A stretch of DNA of 60,124 nt from Bacteroidota bacterium (GCA_020049295.1 JAIFLC010000032.1:1-60124); one strand, 5' to 3'. Positions 10,398 through 20,016 are shown, counted from the first letter of the stretch. The notes: generated by a model not told the origin, from the letters alone. Numbers and translations are program-made.

Positions 10398-11288
10398 GTG
10401 GAAAAAATCTTGGAAATTAACAACTTAAGCAAGAATTATGGAAGCCTGCAAGCGGTTCGTAATATTTCTTTTTCTATTAATAAAGGCGAAGTTTATGGTT
10501 TATTAGGACCAAATGGAAGTGGAAAAACTACAACTTTGGCAGTAATTATGGGTGTTCTGAATGCCAATGGAGGTGATTTTGCTTGGTTTGGACAAGCATT
10601 ACAAAAAGAAGCCAGACAAAAAATCGGAGCCCTTATTGAAACCCCAAACTTTTATCCCTATTTAACTCTATTTGAAAACCTTCAGATTGTTGCTAAAATA
10701 AAAAATGCATCTGAGGAAAGCATTAATAATGCATTAGGTGTAGCCAATTTGCTAAAACGCAAGCATACAAATTTTGGCACCTTATCATTGGGTATGAAAC
10801 AAAGGATGGCAATTGCTTCTGTTCTAATTGGCGATCCCGAAGTGCTGGTCTTAGATGAACCTACAAATGGTCTTGATCCAGAAGGTTTTGCTGAAGTTAG
10901 AAATATTATTCAATTGCAGGCAGCAAAAGGAAAAACAATAATTTTGGCAAGTCATATATTAGATGAGGTTGAAAAAGTTTGTTCACATGTTGCAATTCTA
11001 AAATCTGGAGAATTGATTTCAAATGGGAAGGTAGGTGAACTATTAACTACAGAAGATATTGTTTATATACAAGGTGAAAATCAAGATGAGTTATTCACTG
11101 TTCTTGATTCAATAGATATGGTTTCAAGAGTTTCGAGACTGGAGGATGATTTAGTAGTTATCCTTAAGAAACCATATACTGCATCGGAATTAAATAAATT
11201 ATGCTTTGAGAAAGGATTTGTTCTGTCAAAAATTATCCTTAAAAAGCAAAGCCTTGAAGCACAGTTTCTTGAGTTGGTAAAAAAGTAA
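10398..11288 (+). CDS. ABC transporter ATP-binding protein (ABC-2 type)
   Basis: 296 aa, GTG start. Walker A GPNGSGKTT, signature LSLGMKQR, Walker B VLVLDEPTNGLD. Confidence 0.85.
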   Translation: MEKILEINNLSKNYGSLQAVRNISFSINKGEVYGLLGPNGSGKTTTLAVIMGVLNANGGDFAWFGQALQKEARQKIGALIETPNFYPYLTLFENLQIVAKIKNASEESINNALGVANLLKRKHTNFGTLSLGMKQRMAIASVLIGDPEVLVLDEPTNGLDPEGFAEVRNIIQLQAAKGKTIILASHILDEVEKVCSHVAILKSGELISNGKVGELLTTEDIVYIQGENQDELFTVLDSIDMVSRVSRLEDDLVVILKKPYTASELNKLCFEKGFVLSKIILKKQSLEAQFLELVKK

Positions 11289-11306
11289 ATATTAAAACTA
11301 ACAACG

Positions 11307-12137
11307 ATGATAAAAAAGTTATTTCAGATAGAAAAGATAAAAGCTTTATCATATCCGGCATTTAAAACCTTAATGATTATACATTTTTTATTGTTTTTTC
11401 TGGTTGTACTTGTTGTATCTCAGGTACAGTTCAGTATGTCTGGTTTTTCAATTAAGAAGCTATATCAATTTCCTAACATATGGGAGTTCTTTCCATGGGT
11501 TGCAAGTTGGTTTAACTTGTTTTTAGCAGTTGTGGTTATTTTGCTTGTAGGAAATGAATTTTCTAATCGCACATTCAGGCAAAATGTTATTGATGGTCTT
11601 AGTCGTAATGACTTGGTTAGAGGAAAGCTGATTTTGATTTTTTCGATTGCTGTTTATACTTTCTTTATCGTTTTTATTGCAATTATGTTGTTTGGATTAA
11701 TCAACAGCGACGATTATAGTATGAGTGCTATTTTTGGTAAATCATATTTGTTACTTATCTATTTTATTCAAGCATTAGGATATATGAGCCTTGGACTATT
11801 AATAGCAGTGATTTTTCGAAATAATGCACTTTCAATTATCATGTTTATATTGTACTTTTTTCCAATAGAACCAATAATACGATGGATTTTTGAATCACAT
11901 ACCCGAAGGTATTTCCCAATAAAAATAATATCTAATTTAACACCTATGCCTGAGTTTTTAACGATGACCTCTGAAAGTACAATTACTAATTCATCTGGGA
12001 AAAGTGCACTCGATTTACAAGAAATGGGACTAACAATAGAACCATTGCCCGTTGGGTTAAATGTAGGTTTGGCTGTTGTTTATATAATTGTTTTTATTGC
12101 AATAACAACCTATTTATTAAACAGAAAAAATTTATAA
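11307..12137 (+). CDS. ABC-2 family transporter permease
   Basis: 276 aa, 6 hydrophobic segments, immediately downstream of the ATPase gene. Confidence 0.7.
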   Translation: MIKKLFQIEKIKALSYPAFKTLMIIHFLLFFLVVLVVSQVQFSMSGFSIKKLYQFPNIWEFFPWVASWFNLFLAVVVILLVGNEFSNRTFRQNVIDGLSRNDLVRGKLILIFSIAVYTFFIVFIAIMLFGLINSDDYSMSAIFGKSYLLLIYFIQALGYMSLGLLIAVIFRNNALSIIMFILYFFPIEPIIRWIFESHTRRYFPIKIISNLTPMPEFLTMTSESTITNSSGKSALDLQEMGLTIEPLPVGLNVGLAVVYIIVFIAITTYLLNRKNL

Positions 12138-12240
12138 CTAAATAAAAATCAGGTTAATAATAATGTACTATCATGAGTTTTATTTAATTTTTAAAATTGT
12201 ATTTTTAGAAAGTTAAATTAACCGTTAGAAAAATCATAAA

Positions 12241-13797
12241 ATGAAAAAAATGTTAATCATTGTTATATCCTTACTTTTATTAGGATTTAGCAATACCTAT
12301 TCCCAAAACAACCCCAACATTGGCTTAGAGCAAATCACTCCACAATTACTAAAAAAACATATCGATTATCTTGCTTCGGATGAACTGAAAGGGAGAAATA
12401 CACCAAGTGATGGTTTAGATAGTGCAGCAGTTTATATTGCAAATGAATTTGCAATGCTTGGTATTGAAAAGGTTAATGGTACATATTTCCAAGAAATACC
12501 TTTATGCACAAGAGATCTGGATATTGAAAATAGCTATTTTAGGATTTCGGATGGAAAAGTGAAAAAAGAGTTTAAACTCAAAATAGATTATAATCCCCTT
12601 GAAATGACTGATGATAGAAACGTTTCTTCATCAATAGTATTTGCGGGTTATGGAATAACAGCACCTGAGTATGGTTATGATGACTATAAAAATATCGATG
12701 TCACTGGTAAAATTGTTCTTGTAATGAAGCATGAACCAGGTGAAAAAGAGTTGAGTTCAGTTTTTAATGGTGATCGTGATACAGATCATGCCCAGTTGAA
12801 GGTGAAATTGAAAAATGCGCAAGAACATGGAGCCATTGGACTGCTTTTAGTTACTGATCCGCTAAATCATTTATTATTAAGTCCCCAAGGCCACCCTTGG
12901 CCAAGTTTGTTTTTTAAATCAATGCCATCATCAAAATTTCCAATTAATATTTGTTCTCAAGAGAAATCTATTCCTGCAGTGCAGGTTGGCGAGGAAGTTA
13001 TTAAGTACTTATTTGGAAGTATTGATTCTTTAAAGTGTTTACAGCAAGAAATTGACTCTACCTTAACGCCTATGTCATTTCATTTAGCAAATGTTAATTG
13101 TGATTTGAGCACAAAAATCAAAGTTAACAACTATTCAGCAAAGAACGTAGTTGGTATTATAAAAGGTACTGACAAAAAACTAAAGAATGAATTGTTGGTT
13201 ATCGGAGGACATTATGATCATGTTGGGTTTAAAGAGAAAAGTAAGCAAGGAGAAGATTCAATATTCAATGGAGCCGATGATAATGCGTCAGGAACTGCTG
13301 GTGTAATGTCTATTGCAAAAGCTTTTTCGAAAATGAAAAAACCTGATCGCAGTGTATTATTTATTCTTTTTGCCGGCGAAGAAAAGGGTTTGTATGGATC
13401 GAAGTTTTATTCAAATAATCCGCTTTTTCCTCTTAAGGAAACAATTGCCATGCTAAATCTCGACATGATTAGCAGAAACGGAGATACTTTACAGCTTATT
13501 GGAGAGAAAGAAAATCCTGATTTAGCTATGATTGTAAAAAAGGAAATAAAAAATTACCCATTAACGGTAGTTGATTCAGATGATCATTATATTGGAGGAA
13601 GCGACCATTATAATTTCTATATCAATGGTGTTTCTTCATTGTTTTTTTTCACCGGAATACATAAAGACTATCATAAAGTAACTGATAACCCTGATAGTGT
13701 CGATCATATGAAAGCGTCAAATGTATCAAAGCTTGTATTTCAAACGGCCTGGATTATTGCCAATAGCAAAAACTATTATAAAATCAATAAAAACTAA
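12241..13797 (+). CDS. Secreted M28 family metallopeptidase with PA domain
   Basis: 518 aa with a signal peptide. M28 metal-ligand blocks HYDHVG, GADDNASG, GEEKGLYGS, NLDM and GSDHYNF. Confidence 0.8.
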   Translation: MKKMLIIVISLLLLGFSNTYSQNNPNIGLEQITPQLLKKHIDYLASDELKGRNTPSDGLDSAAVYIANEFAMLGIEKVNGTYFQEIPLCTRDLDIENSYFRISDGKVKKEFKLKIDYNPLEMTDDRNVSSSIVFAGYGITAPEYGYDDYKNIDVTGKIVLVMKHEPGEKELSSVFNGDRDTDHAQLKVKLKNAQEHGAIGLLLVTDPLNHLLLSPQGHPWPSLFFKSMPSSKFPINICSQEKSIPAVQVGEEVIKYLFGSIDSLKCLQQEIDSTLTPMSFHLANVNCDLSTKIKVNNYSAKNVVGIIKGTDKKLKNELLVIGGHYDHVGFKEKSKQGEDSIFNGADDNASGTAGVMSIAKAFSKMKKPDRSVLFILFAGEEKGLYGSKFYSNNPLFPLKETIAMLNLDMISRNGDTLQLIGEKENPDLAMIVKKEIKNYPLTVVDSDDHYIGGSDHYNFYINGVSSLFFFTGIHKDYHKVTDNPDSVDHMKASNVSKLVFQTAWIIANSKNYYKINKN

Positions 13798-13809
13798 ACA
13801 AAAACAATT

Positions 13810-14652
13810 ATGAGAAAATTATTTTTAAAAAATGTAATGATTATTGCACTTGTTGCAATTTGTGGATTTTCATATTCACAAGAGACAATGCTAAAGTATC
13901 AGTTTGTTAAAGGGAAAACCTATACTCAGGAAATACAATTAACGAACAATATAATACAGTCTTTTGGTGGTCAGGAAAATAAAATGGCAATGGATATTTC
14001 TACATTCGGAGAAATGTTTATCGAAGATATTAGCGAAAATGGAGACATCACCGCAATTGAACTTATTAAGGACATTTCAATGCATTCGGTTATGATGGGT
14101 CGCGATACTACAATGAGTTTTAAAGATATAAATGAGAAAAACAGAGTAGTTTACTCAAAGGATGGAAAGCAAATATCAAAGGAGACAATTGATTCTGCTA
14201 GCATAGCTGATCTTGCTGGAACTACAAATCAAATTGCAAAGTTTATGTTTTTACCTGAAAAAAGTGTAAAAAATGGGGATAAATGGCAAAATGCAAAAAC
14301 TGATAAGACTGAAATCAGCGAGAAGAATCCTATTGAAACCATAGTTACATCGAATGAAGATTTTACATACATTGGAAAGGAAGATCAGGATGGTAAATCA
14401 GTTGATAAAATTACGATTGAAAGCACATCTGTAATTGAAGGAAAAGGAACTCAAATGGGCATGGAATTATTCATGGAGGGAAATGGAAAAAGCCAAGGAT
14501 TTGCTTATTTTGATCCTAAAGCTTCTATTGTTGTTTATTCTGAAATAAATACCGAAATGGATATGACCATTGCTTTTACTGGTCAGGAAAACATGACTAT
14601 TCCTATGTCACAAAATATGAAGGTTATAACCAAATTTAATGAAAAGAAATAG
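13810..14652 (+). CDS. Hypothetical secreted protein
   Basis: 280 aa with signal peptide MRKLFLKNVMIIALVAICGFSYSQ. Beta-rich and Met-rich, with no catalytic motif that I recognise. Sits between two peptidase genes. Confidence 0.55.
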   Translation: MRKLFLKNVMIIALVAICGFSYSQETMLKYQFVKGKTYTQEIQLTNNIIQSFGGQENKMAMDISTFGEMFIEDISENGDITAIELIKDISMHSVMMGRDTTMSFKDINEKNRVVYSKDGKQISKETIDSASIADLAGTTNQIAKFMFLPEKSVKNGDKWQNAKTDKTEISEKNPIETIVTSNEDFTYIGKEDQDGKSVDKITIESTSVIEGKGTQMGMELFMEGNGKSQGFAYFDPKASIVVYSEINTEMDMTIAFTGQENMTIPMSQNMKVITKFNEKK

Positions 14653-14668
14653 GCTCAACCTTTAGTTA

Positions 14669-14711
14669 ATAATTCGGTTAAGTGCACAATTCTTAACCGA
14701 ATTATTTTTTT
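14669..14711 (+). terminator. Intrinsic terminator after 13810-14652
   Basis: A perfect 14-bp stem ATAATTCGGTTAAG/CTTAACCGAATTAT with a 9-nt loop, followed by TTTTTT. Confidence 0.8.
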
Positions 14712-14741
14712 ATGGATTGTATACACCGAATACCTAGCATT

Positions 14742-16022
14742 ATGAAAAAAACAATTACTGCCTTTTTAATTCTTTTTTCCCTAGCAGGATTTTCCCAAGT
14801 TGAAAGTAAGGATGAATATTGTATTCGAAGAGAAAAGGTGTTGGCTATGATGGATAGTTCAAGTGCATTAGTTATGAAAGCAGTTAATTCATCATCGCAA
14901 TTAGATTATTACAAACAAAATCCAGGATTTTATTACCTAACCGGAATAAACTCACCATCAAATTATATATTAATGAGTCCAAAAGGAATAAATATTGGTA
15001 AAGAGGTAAAAACAACCATTATTTTCTATAGCAGAATTGATAATGTTAGGGACTTATGTTTATCGGTTAACGATACTCTTATTGATAGTAAAGAATTTAA
15101 AACGATATTTATATCTATACTGCCGGGTGTAAACAAACTATATTATTCAGCTCCGGATATTGGTATTTCTGTTGATTGGCTAAATGACAAGGCTCATTTT
15201 TTAGATAAGAATATGAAGAATATCCTAAAAGAATCATATCCTGAGTTAAAAAAAATTGAATCTGCTGATATTATTATTGGCAAGCTAAGAGCAATAAAAT
15301 CTGAACAAGAAATTGCACTTATCCGAAAAGCAACTGATATTACTTCGGATGGTTTGTTAGCTGCCCTAAAAACTGCAAAACCGGGGTTTTATGAGTACGA
15401 ACTTCAAGCGGCAATCGAATATGAATTCACAAGACAAGGTGCAATGCAAAAGGGATTTTCGAGTATAGTAGGCTCAGGTAACAACAGTACCATTATTCAT
15501 TATAGTAAAAACAACCGAAAAACCGAAAATGGAGATTTGGTTGTTATGGATGTTGGAGCTGAATATTATGGATACAGCAGTGATATTACACGAACTATTC
15601 CAATTTCAGGGAAATTTTCCGCAGCTCAAAAAGAAATCTATCAAATGGTATTAAAGGTTCAGAAGGATTGTATTTTAAAAGTCAAACCTGGAATAAGTTT
15701 GATTGAACTTGAAAAATTTGCTTATAATGAATTCAAAAAATTGGGATATGAGAAGTATTATACCCATGGACTTTCCCATCCTGTTGGATTACAGGTACAT
15801 GATGTTAATGCTGAACCCGTTTTAAAACCAGGTATGGTTATAACAATTGAACCTGGATTATATTTCGATATGAATGATCTTTCTGCACCAGAAAAATATC
15901 GTGGTCATGGAGTGCGAATTGAAGATATTATTCTAGTTACTGAGAATGGTTGCGAAATCTTATCAGCTAAAGTAACCAAAGAAATTAATGAGATTGAAAA
16001 GTTAATGAATAGGAAAAAATAA
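14742..16022 (+). CDS. Secreted Xaa-Pro aminopeptidase (M24B family)
   Basis: M24B metal-ligand blocks DVGAEYYGYSSDITRT, HGLSHPVGLQVHD, IEPGLY and RIED. I place the start at ATG 14742 (MKKTITAFLILF signal peptide). The ORF-track start at 14712 abuts the T tract of the upstream terminator. Confidence 0.8.
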   Translation: MKKTITAFLILFSLAGFSQVESKDEYCIRREKVLAMMDSSSALVMKAVNSSSQLDYYKQNPGFYYLTGINSPSNYILMSPKGINIGKEVKTTIIFYSRIDNVRDLCLSVNDTLIDSKEFKTIFISILPGVNKLYYSAPDIGISVDWLNDKAHFLDKNMKNILKESYPELKKIESADIIIGKLRAIKSEQEIALIRKATDITSDGLLAALKTAKPGFYEYELQAAIEYEFTRQGAMQKGFSSIVGSGNNSTIIHYSKNNRKTENGDLVVMDVGAEYYGYSSDITRTIPISGKFSAAQKEIYQMVLKVQKDCILKVKPGISLIELEKFAYNEFKKLGYEKYYTHGLSHPVGLQVHDVNAEPVLKPGMVITIEPGLYFDMNDLSAPEKYRGHGVRIEDIILVTENGCEILSAKVTKEINEIEKLMNRKK

Positions 16023-16041
16023 TTATCAGTTTAATAGTAAA

Positions 16042-16090
16042 ATGAGGCTGTATCAAAACAACTTAAAACAATGCTTTGATACAACCTCAT
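16042..16090. terminator. Hairpin between convergent genes (possible bidirectional terminator)
   Basis: 16-bp arms ATGAGGCTGTATCAAA / TTTGATACAACCTCAT with one mismatch and a 17-nt loop. Located between the stops at 16022 and 16099. Confidence 0.5.
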
Positions 16091-16098
16091 TATATTTT

Positions 16099-16494
16099 CT
16101 ATTCAATTGCAGCACTTATTTTCTGAGCTATTTCCCTAAACTCATTTTCGCTAAGTTTTAATTTTGGTTTTGAGAAACTGGCATCTGCTTCGCTGTTTAA
16201 GGGAATAAGATGAATATGGGCATGAGGAACTTCCAAACCCAACACCACAACTCCAACTCTTTTGCAGGGAATTGTTTTATCAATTGCTTTTGCTATACGT
16301 TTTGCAAAAACAGTAAGTTCCGAAAGGGTTTTATCATCAAGATCAAACAAATAATCTGTTTCCACTTTAGGGATAACAAGTGTGTGTCCTTTTACCAATG
16401 GGAAAATATCTAAAAAAGCATAATAATTTTCATCTTCGGCAATTTTGTAAGATGGAATCTCTCCCTGAATGATTTTTGTAAAAATTGATGCCAT
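16099..16494 (-). CDS. HIT family (histidine triad) protein
   Basis: 131 aa with the HAHIHLIP histidine-triad motif. Confidence 0.85.
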   Translation of the reverse strand: MASIFTKIIQGEIPSYKIAEDENYYAFLDIFPLVKGHTLVIPKVETDYLFDLDDKTLSELTVFAKRIAKAIDKTIPCKRVGVVVLGLEVPHAHIHLIPLNSEADASFSKPKLKLSENEFREIAQKISAAIE

Positions 16495-16505
16495 ATACGT
16501 AAACT

Positions 16506-16979
16506 TTAAAGTGAAATTTCAAGCACTTCAAATTCGGCAGTACCTGAAGGTATTTGAACAGTAACTATATCACCAACTTTTTTACCTAACAATCCCTTTG
16601 CTATTGGTGTATTTACAGAAATTTTGCCTTCTTTCAGATTAGCTTCACTTTCAGAAACAAGAGTATATTGCATTACCGTATTGTTCTTTTTATTCTTGAT
16701 TTTTACTTTATTAAGAATTTGAACAGTTGATGTATTTAATTTAGATTGATCTAAAATTCTTGAATGAGCTACAATTTCTTTTAGTTTATTGATTTTCATT
16801 TCAAGCATTCCTTGAGCCTCTTTGGCTGCATCATATTCAGCATTTTCCGATAAATCCCCTTTGTCTCGCGCTTCTGCTATTTGCTGTGAGATTTTAGGTC
16901 TTTCGACAGACTCTAATTGTTCAAGTTCTTTTTTCAGTCGTTCTAAACCTTCTTCTGTAACATACGAAATTTTTGCCAT
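16506..16979 (-). CDS. greA: Transcription elongation factor GreA
   Basis: The start is placed at ATG 16977-16979 (MAKISYVTEEGLERLKKEL...), giving 157 aa with an N-terminal coiled coil and a C-terminal FKBP-like domain. The 46 further N-terminal codons in the ORF track have no GreA counterpart. Confidence 0.9.
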   Translation of the reverse strand: MAKISYVTEEGLERLKKELEQLESVERPKISQQIAEARDKGDLSENAEYDAAKEAQGMLEMKINKLKEIVAHSRILDQSKLNTSTVQILNKVKIKNKKNNTVMQYTLVSESEANLKEGKISVNTPIAKGLLGKKVGDIVTVQIPSGTAEFEVLEISL

Positions 16980-17337
16980 ACTACATGTTTTTGCAGGTGC
17001 ATATAAAATAAATAAAGAAGAATTCTGCCAAGGCAGAATCCTTCTTATGATTACAAATATACAAAAATATTTTAATATACAATCAAAGAAACTGGTTACA
17101 TTTTTTGTGACATCCAATAATGCTTGGGGTTTAGAAGATCAGAACTAATTTTTCTTATCATAAATCGGATTCATCTATATATTCTTTGATTATCTTATGT
17201 TAAATCATTTTCGAAAATTGGTTGATCATATTGGGATTCTGAAACAGGTTGTTTCTTTTTTTGCCAATAGCTGATATAATAAATACTGCCAGAGCAATTA
17301 ATATATCAATAAGATTATCAAGAATATCCATTCCATG

Positions 17338-17739
17338 TTATTTTTTTTTCTTAAAAACACGAACGATAAAACTGCTTTTTCTTCCTTTTTTTTGTTTTTT
17401 CGTATAAATTCCATCTCTAGGCTTTATTTCTGGTTTTAAATCAGAAATAAAATCCTTGATCCTATTTGAAATAGATTTATTATTATAATTTTTCTTTCTC
17501 CAGTAATCTGATTCTGCTTTATTCCTTTCCATCAACTCCTGGGTGCTCTTAGCCTGATTATCAAAATGCTTTTTGATAGCTATTTTCTTGTTCTTCTCTC
17601 TTTCAGCTTTGTGTTTTCTTTCAATTTTGGCTTTAACTTTTGCCGATTTTTCTGCACTTGAAACAGGGCGAACCTGACAACTATTAAACACAAACAAAAC
17701 AATAATTAAGGTAAACGTTCGCTTTAATATGTAAAGCAT
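17338..17739 (-). CDS. Hypothetical lysine-rich lipoprotein
   Basis: 133 aa. Signal peptide ends in VFNSC. The remainder is highly basic and predicted helical. Confidence 0.5.
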   Translation of the reverse strand: MLYILKRTFTLIIVLFVFNSCQVRPVSSAEKSAKVKAKIERKHKAEREKNKKIAIKKHFDNQAKSTQELMERNKAESDYWRKKNYNNKSISNRIKDFISDLKPEIKPRDGIYTKKQKKGRKSSFIVRVFKKKK

Positions 17740-17769
17740 TTGTTAAATTTGTAATTAAATAAATTGAAA

Positions 17770-18234
17770 ATGAATCAGCTCGTTTCAGCATCTAAAATAC
17801 GATTTTTTCTTATTCCAATTTTTATTACGCTTTTGTTTATTAAATGCGACGACGATGATTCGCCTCCTTTTCCTTATATTTATTTTAATGTTACGTTGAG
17901 TATTAGTAACGATTTATTAAATATGAATATTGGTGAATATGTTTTTGTTGATGGATATAATTATGGTTTAGGAGGATTAATTATTTATAGGAAAGATTTT
18001 AGCGAATACCTTGCTTTTGATCGTGCTTGTGCGCACGAGGCTAATAATAGCTGTATTGTGGAAGACGATCCTGATTTTTCAGGACTTATGGTTAAATGTC
18101 CATGTTGCGGATCAAAATACTGGGTAATAAATACCGAAGATTTTGGATCAATCTATACTGGTCCATCAAGAAAAGGATTGATGCAGTACAAAACCTATTT
18201 AAGCTTAAATACACTTATCGTTTATAATAATTAA
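17770..18234 (+). CDS. Small lipoprotein with a Rieske-like domain (variant cluster-binding motifs)
   Basis: ATG at 17770 (the ORF track begins at TTG 17764). Lipobox LFIKC. CAH...C and CPCCGSKY resemble the bc-type Rieske boxes CTHLGC and CPCHGS. A GP...L..Y tail follows. Confidence 0.55.
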   Translation: MNQLVSASKIRFFLIPIFITLLFIKCDDDDSPPFPYIYFNVTLSISNDLLNMNIGEYVFVDGYNYGLGGLIIYRKDFSEYLAFDRACAHEANNSCIVEDDPDFSGLMVKCPCCGSKYWVINTEDFGSIYTGPSRKGLMQYKTYLSLNTLIVYNN

Positions 18235-18266
18235 AAAGGAGTTCAAATTTTTTTGAACTCCTTTTT
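18233..18266. terminator. Bidirectional intrinsic terminator between 17770-18234 and tsf
   Basis: A perfect 15-bp stem AAAAAGGAGTTCAAA/TTTGAACTCCTTTTT with a TTTT loop. The A/T runs give a U tract in both orientations. Confidence 0.85.
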
Positions 18267-18286
18267 AATTATTAAATGATTTATAA

Positions 18287-19117
18287 TTACTGCTTAATTG
18301 AGCATCTTTTAAATGCTGTTACAGTTAACTCTTTATCTGTTTGTTGTAAGTATTGTTTTACTGACAACTTATTTTCTTTAATAAAATCCTGGTTTAATAA
18401 AGTGCTGTCTTTATAAAACTTACCTAATTTTCCTTGAGCAATTTTATCTACAAGGTCACCAGTTTTTCCATCAGCAATTGCTTGATGTCTTCCAATTTCT
18501 AGTTCTTTATCAATAACTGATTGTGGAACAAAGTCTTTATCAATAGCAACTGGATCCATAGCTGCAATCTGCATAGCAACATCTTTACCAATTTGAACAT
18601 TTAATCCTGATTTATTAAATCCAACCAGTGTTGCTAGTTTTTTATCACTGTGAATATAGAATCCAACTTGTGATGCTTCAACTTTTTCGAAAAATCCTAA
18701 TTCTAATTTTTCTCCAATAATTCCTGTTTGTTCAATAATTTTATCTGCAATAGTTTTTCCATCAAAAGCAACTGCTTTTAATGCATCAAGATTTGCTGGA
18801 TTATTAGTTATCGCTTTATCAAGAATAGTTTCAGCAAGTTTAATAAAATCAACATTTTTAGCCACAAAGTCAGTCTCGCATTTTAATGCAATAACAACAC
18901 CAATTGTTTGGTTAGTGTTTGTAGTAGCTAATACAATACCTTCGCTGGCTTCACGGTCAGATCTTTTATTTGCTATGGCTTGTCCTCGTTCTCTTATAAT
19001 TTGTTGAGCTTTTTCAAAATTTCCATCAGCCTCGGTAAGGGCTTTTTTACAGTCCATCATACCGGCTCCGGTCATGTGTCGTAATTTATTTACTTCTGCT
19101 GCAGTTATTTGAGCCAT
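18287..19117 (-). CDS. tsf: Translation elongation factor Ts
   Basis: 276 aa. N-terminal UBA-like AAEVNKLRHMTGAGMMDCKKALTEADGNFEKA and EF-Ts dimerisation domains. Confidence 0.95.
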   Translation of the reverse strand: MAQITAAEVNKLRHMTGAGMMDCKKALTEADGNFEKAQQIIRERGQAIANKRSDREASEGIVLATTNTNQTIGVVIALKCETDFVAKNVDFIKLAETILDKAITNNPANLDALKAVAFDGKTIADKIIEQTGIIGEKLELGFFEKVEASQVGFYIHSDKKLATLVGFNKSGLNVQIGKDVAMQIAAMDPVAIDKDFVPQSVIDKELEIGRHQAIADGKTGDLVDKIAQGKLGKFYKDSTLLNQDFIKENKLSVKQYLQQTDKELTVTAFKRCSIKQ

Positions 19118-19146
19118 TATAGTATTTTTATCAAATTAGTAATTTA

Positions 19147-20016
19147 TTATTCTTCAACCTCATCAATTTCAGCTTCTGAAGAAACTTTTTCTTCTATTTC
19201 TTCAACGGCTGATTCAACTTCTTCGTTTTCCGTTTTTGGTTTTCGAGCTCTCGATTTTTTAGGATCAACGTTGATTGATTTATCTGTTTTTCCTTTATCT
19301 TTTGATGTGCCTTCTTTATCTTTTTCTAATTTTCTTTCTTCGAGACCTTCTTTGATTGCATCAGTAATTTTATCAAGAATTAAAGAAATTGATTTTGAAG
19401 CATCATCGTTTCCTGGTATAGGAAAATCAATTGGAGATGGATCTGAATTGGTATCAACAATTGCAAATAATGGGATATTTAAACGTTTAGCTTCGCGAAC
19501 AGCAATATGTTCTTTACAAACATCGATAACGAACATTGCTGCAGGAAGTCTAGTCATATCTGCGATTGAGCCTAACATTTTTTCAAGTTTAGCGCGCTGA
19601 CGGGTTACCTGAAGCTTTTCTCTCTTAGCAAGATTTACAAATGTACCATCAGTAGCCATTTTATCTATAGAAGTCATTTTTTTAACTGCACGGCGAATGG
19701 TAGGAAAGTTAGTTAACATACCACCTGGCCATCGTTCAGTAACATAAGGCATATTGGTTGCAGCAACTTTTTCAGCAACGATATCTTTGGCTTGTTTTTT
19801 TGTTGCAACAAATAAAATTTTTCGGCCCGATTTAGCAATCTGTTTAATTGCATGACAAGCTTCGTCTAGTTTAACTTCGGTTTTTTGTAAGTCGATAATG
19901 TGAATACCATTACGTTCCATGAAGATGTATGGAGCCATTGCTGGATTCCATTTTCTTTTAAGGTGACCAAAGTGTACACCTGCTTCTAATAATTCATTAA
20001 AACTTGTTCTTGACAT
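19147..20016 (-). CDS. rpsB: 30S ribosomal protein S2 with an acidic/basic low-complexity C-terminal tail
   Basis: 289 aa. N-terminus LLEAGVHFGHLKRKWNPAMAPYIF. The conserved S2 core is followed by a K/E-rich tail of about 60 aa. Confidence 0.95.
   Translation of the reverse strand: MSRTSFNELLEAGVHFGHLKRKWNPAMAPYIFMERNGIHIIDLQKTEVKLDEACHAIKQIAKSGRKILFVATKKQAKDIVAEKVAATNMPYVTERWPGGMLTNFPTIRRAVKKMTSIDKMATDGTFVNLAKREKLQVTRQRAKLEKMLGSIADMTRLPAAMFVIDVCKEHIAVREAKRLNIPLFAIVDTNSDPSPIDFPIPGNDDASKSISLILDKITDAIKEGLEERKLEKDKEGTSKDKGKTDKSINVDPKKSRARKPKTENEEVESAVEEIEEKVSSEAEIDEVEE

Noticed and set aside
10398-12137. Considered calling the ABC pair the gliding-motility genes gldA/gldF
   Set aside because: No gldG-like gene follows, and the permease does not look specifically GldF-like by eye. 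I kept the generic ABC-2 call.
16980-17117. 46-codon N-terminal extension of the greA ORF
   Set aside because: GreA homology begins at MAKISYVTEEG (ATG 16977-16979). The extension is hydrophobic and unlike any GreA.
19109-19600. 163-aa plus-strand ORF (Ser-rich)
   Set aside because: It lies entirely antisense to rpsB/tsf. Its low-complexity product mirrors the K/E-rich S2 tail, so it is a shadow ORF.
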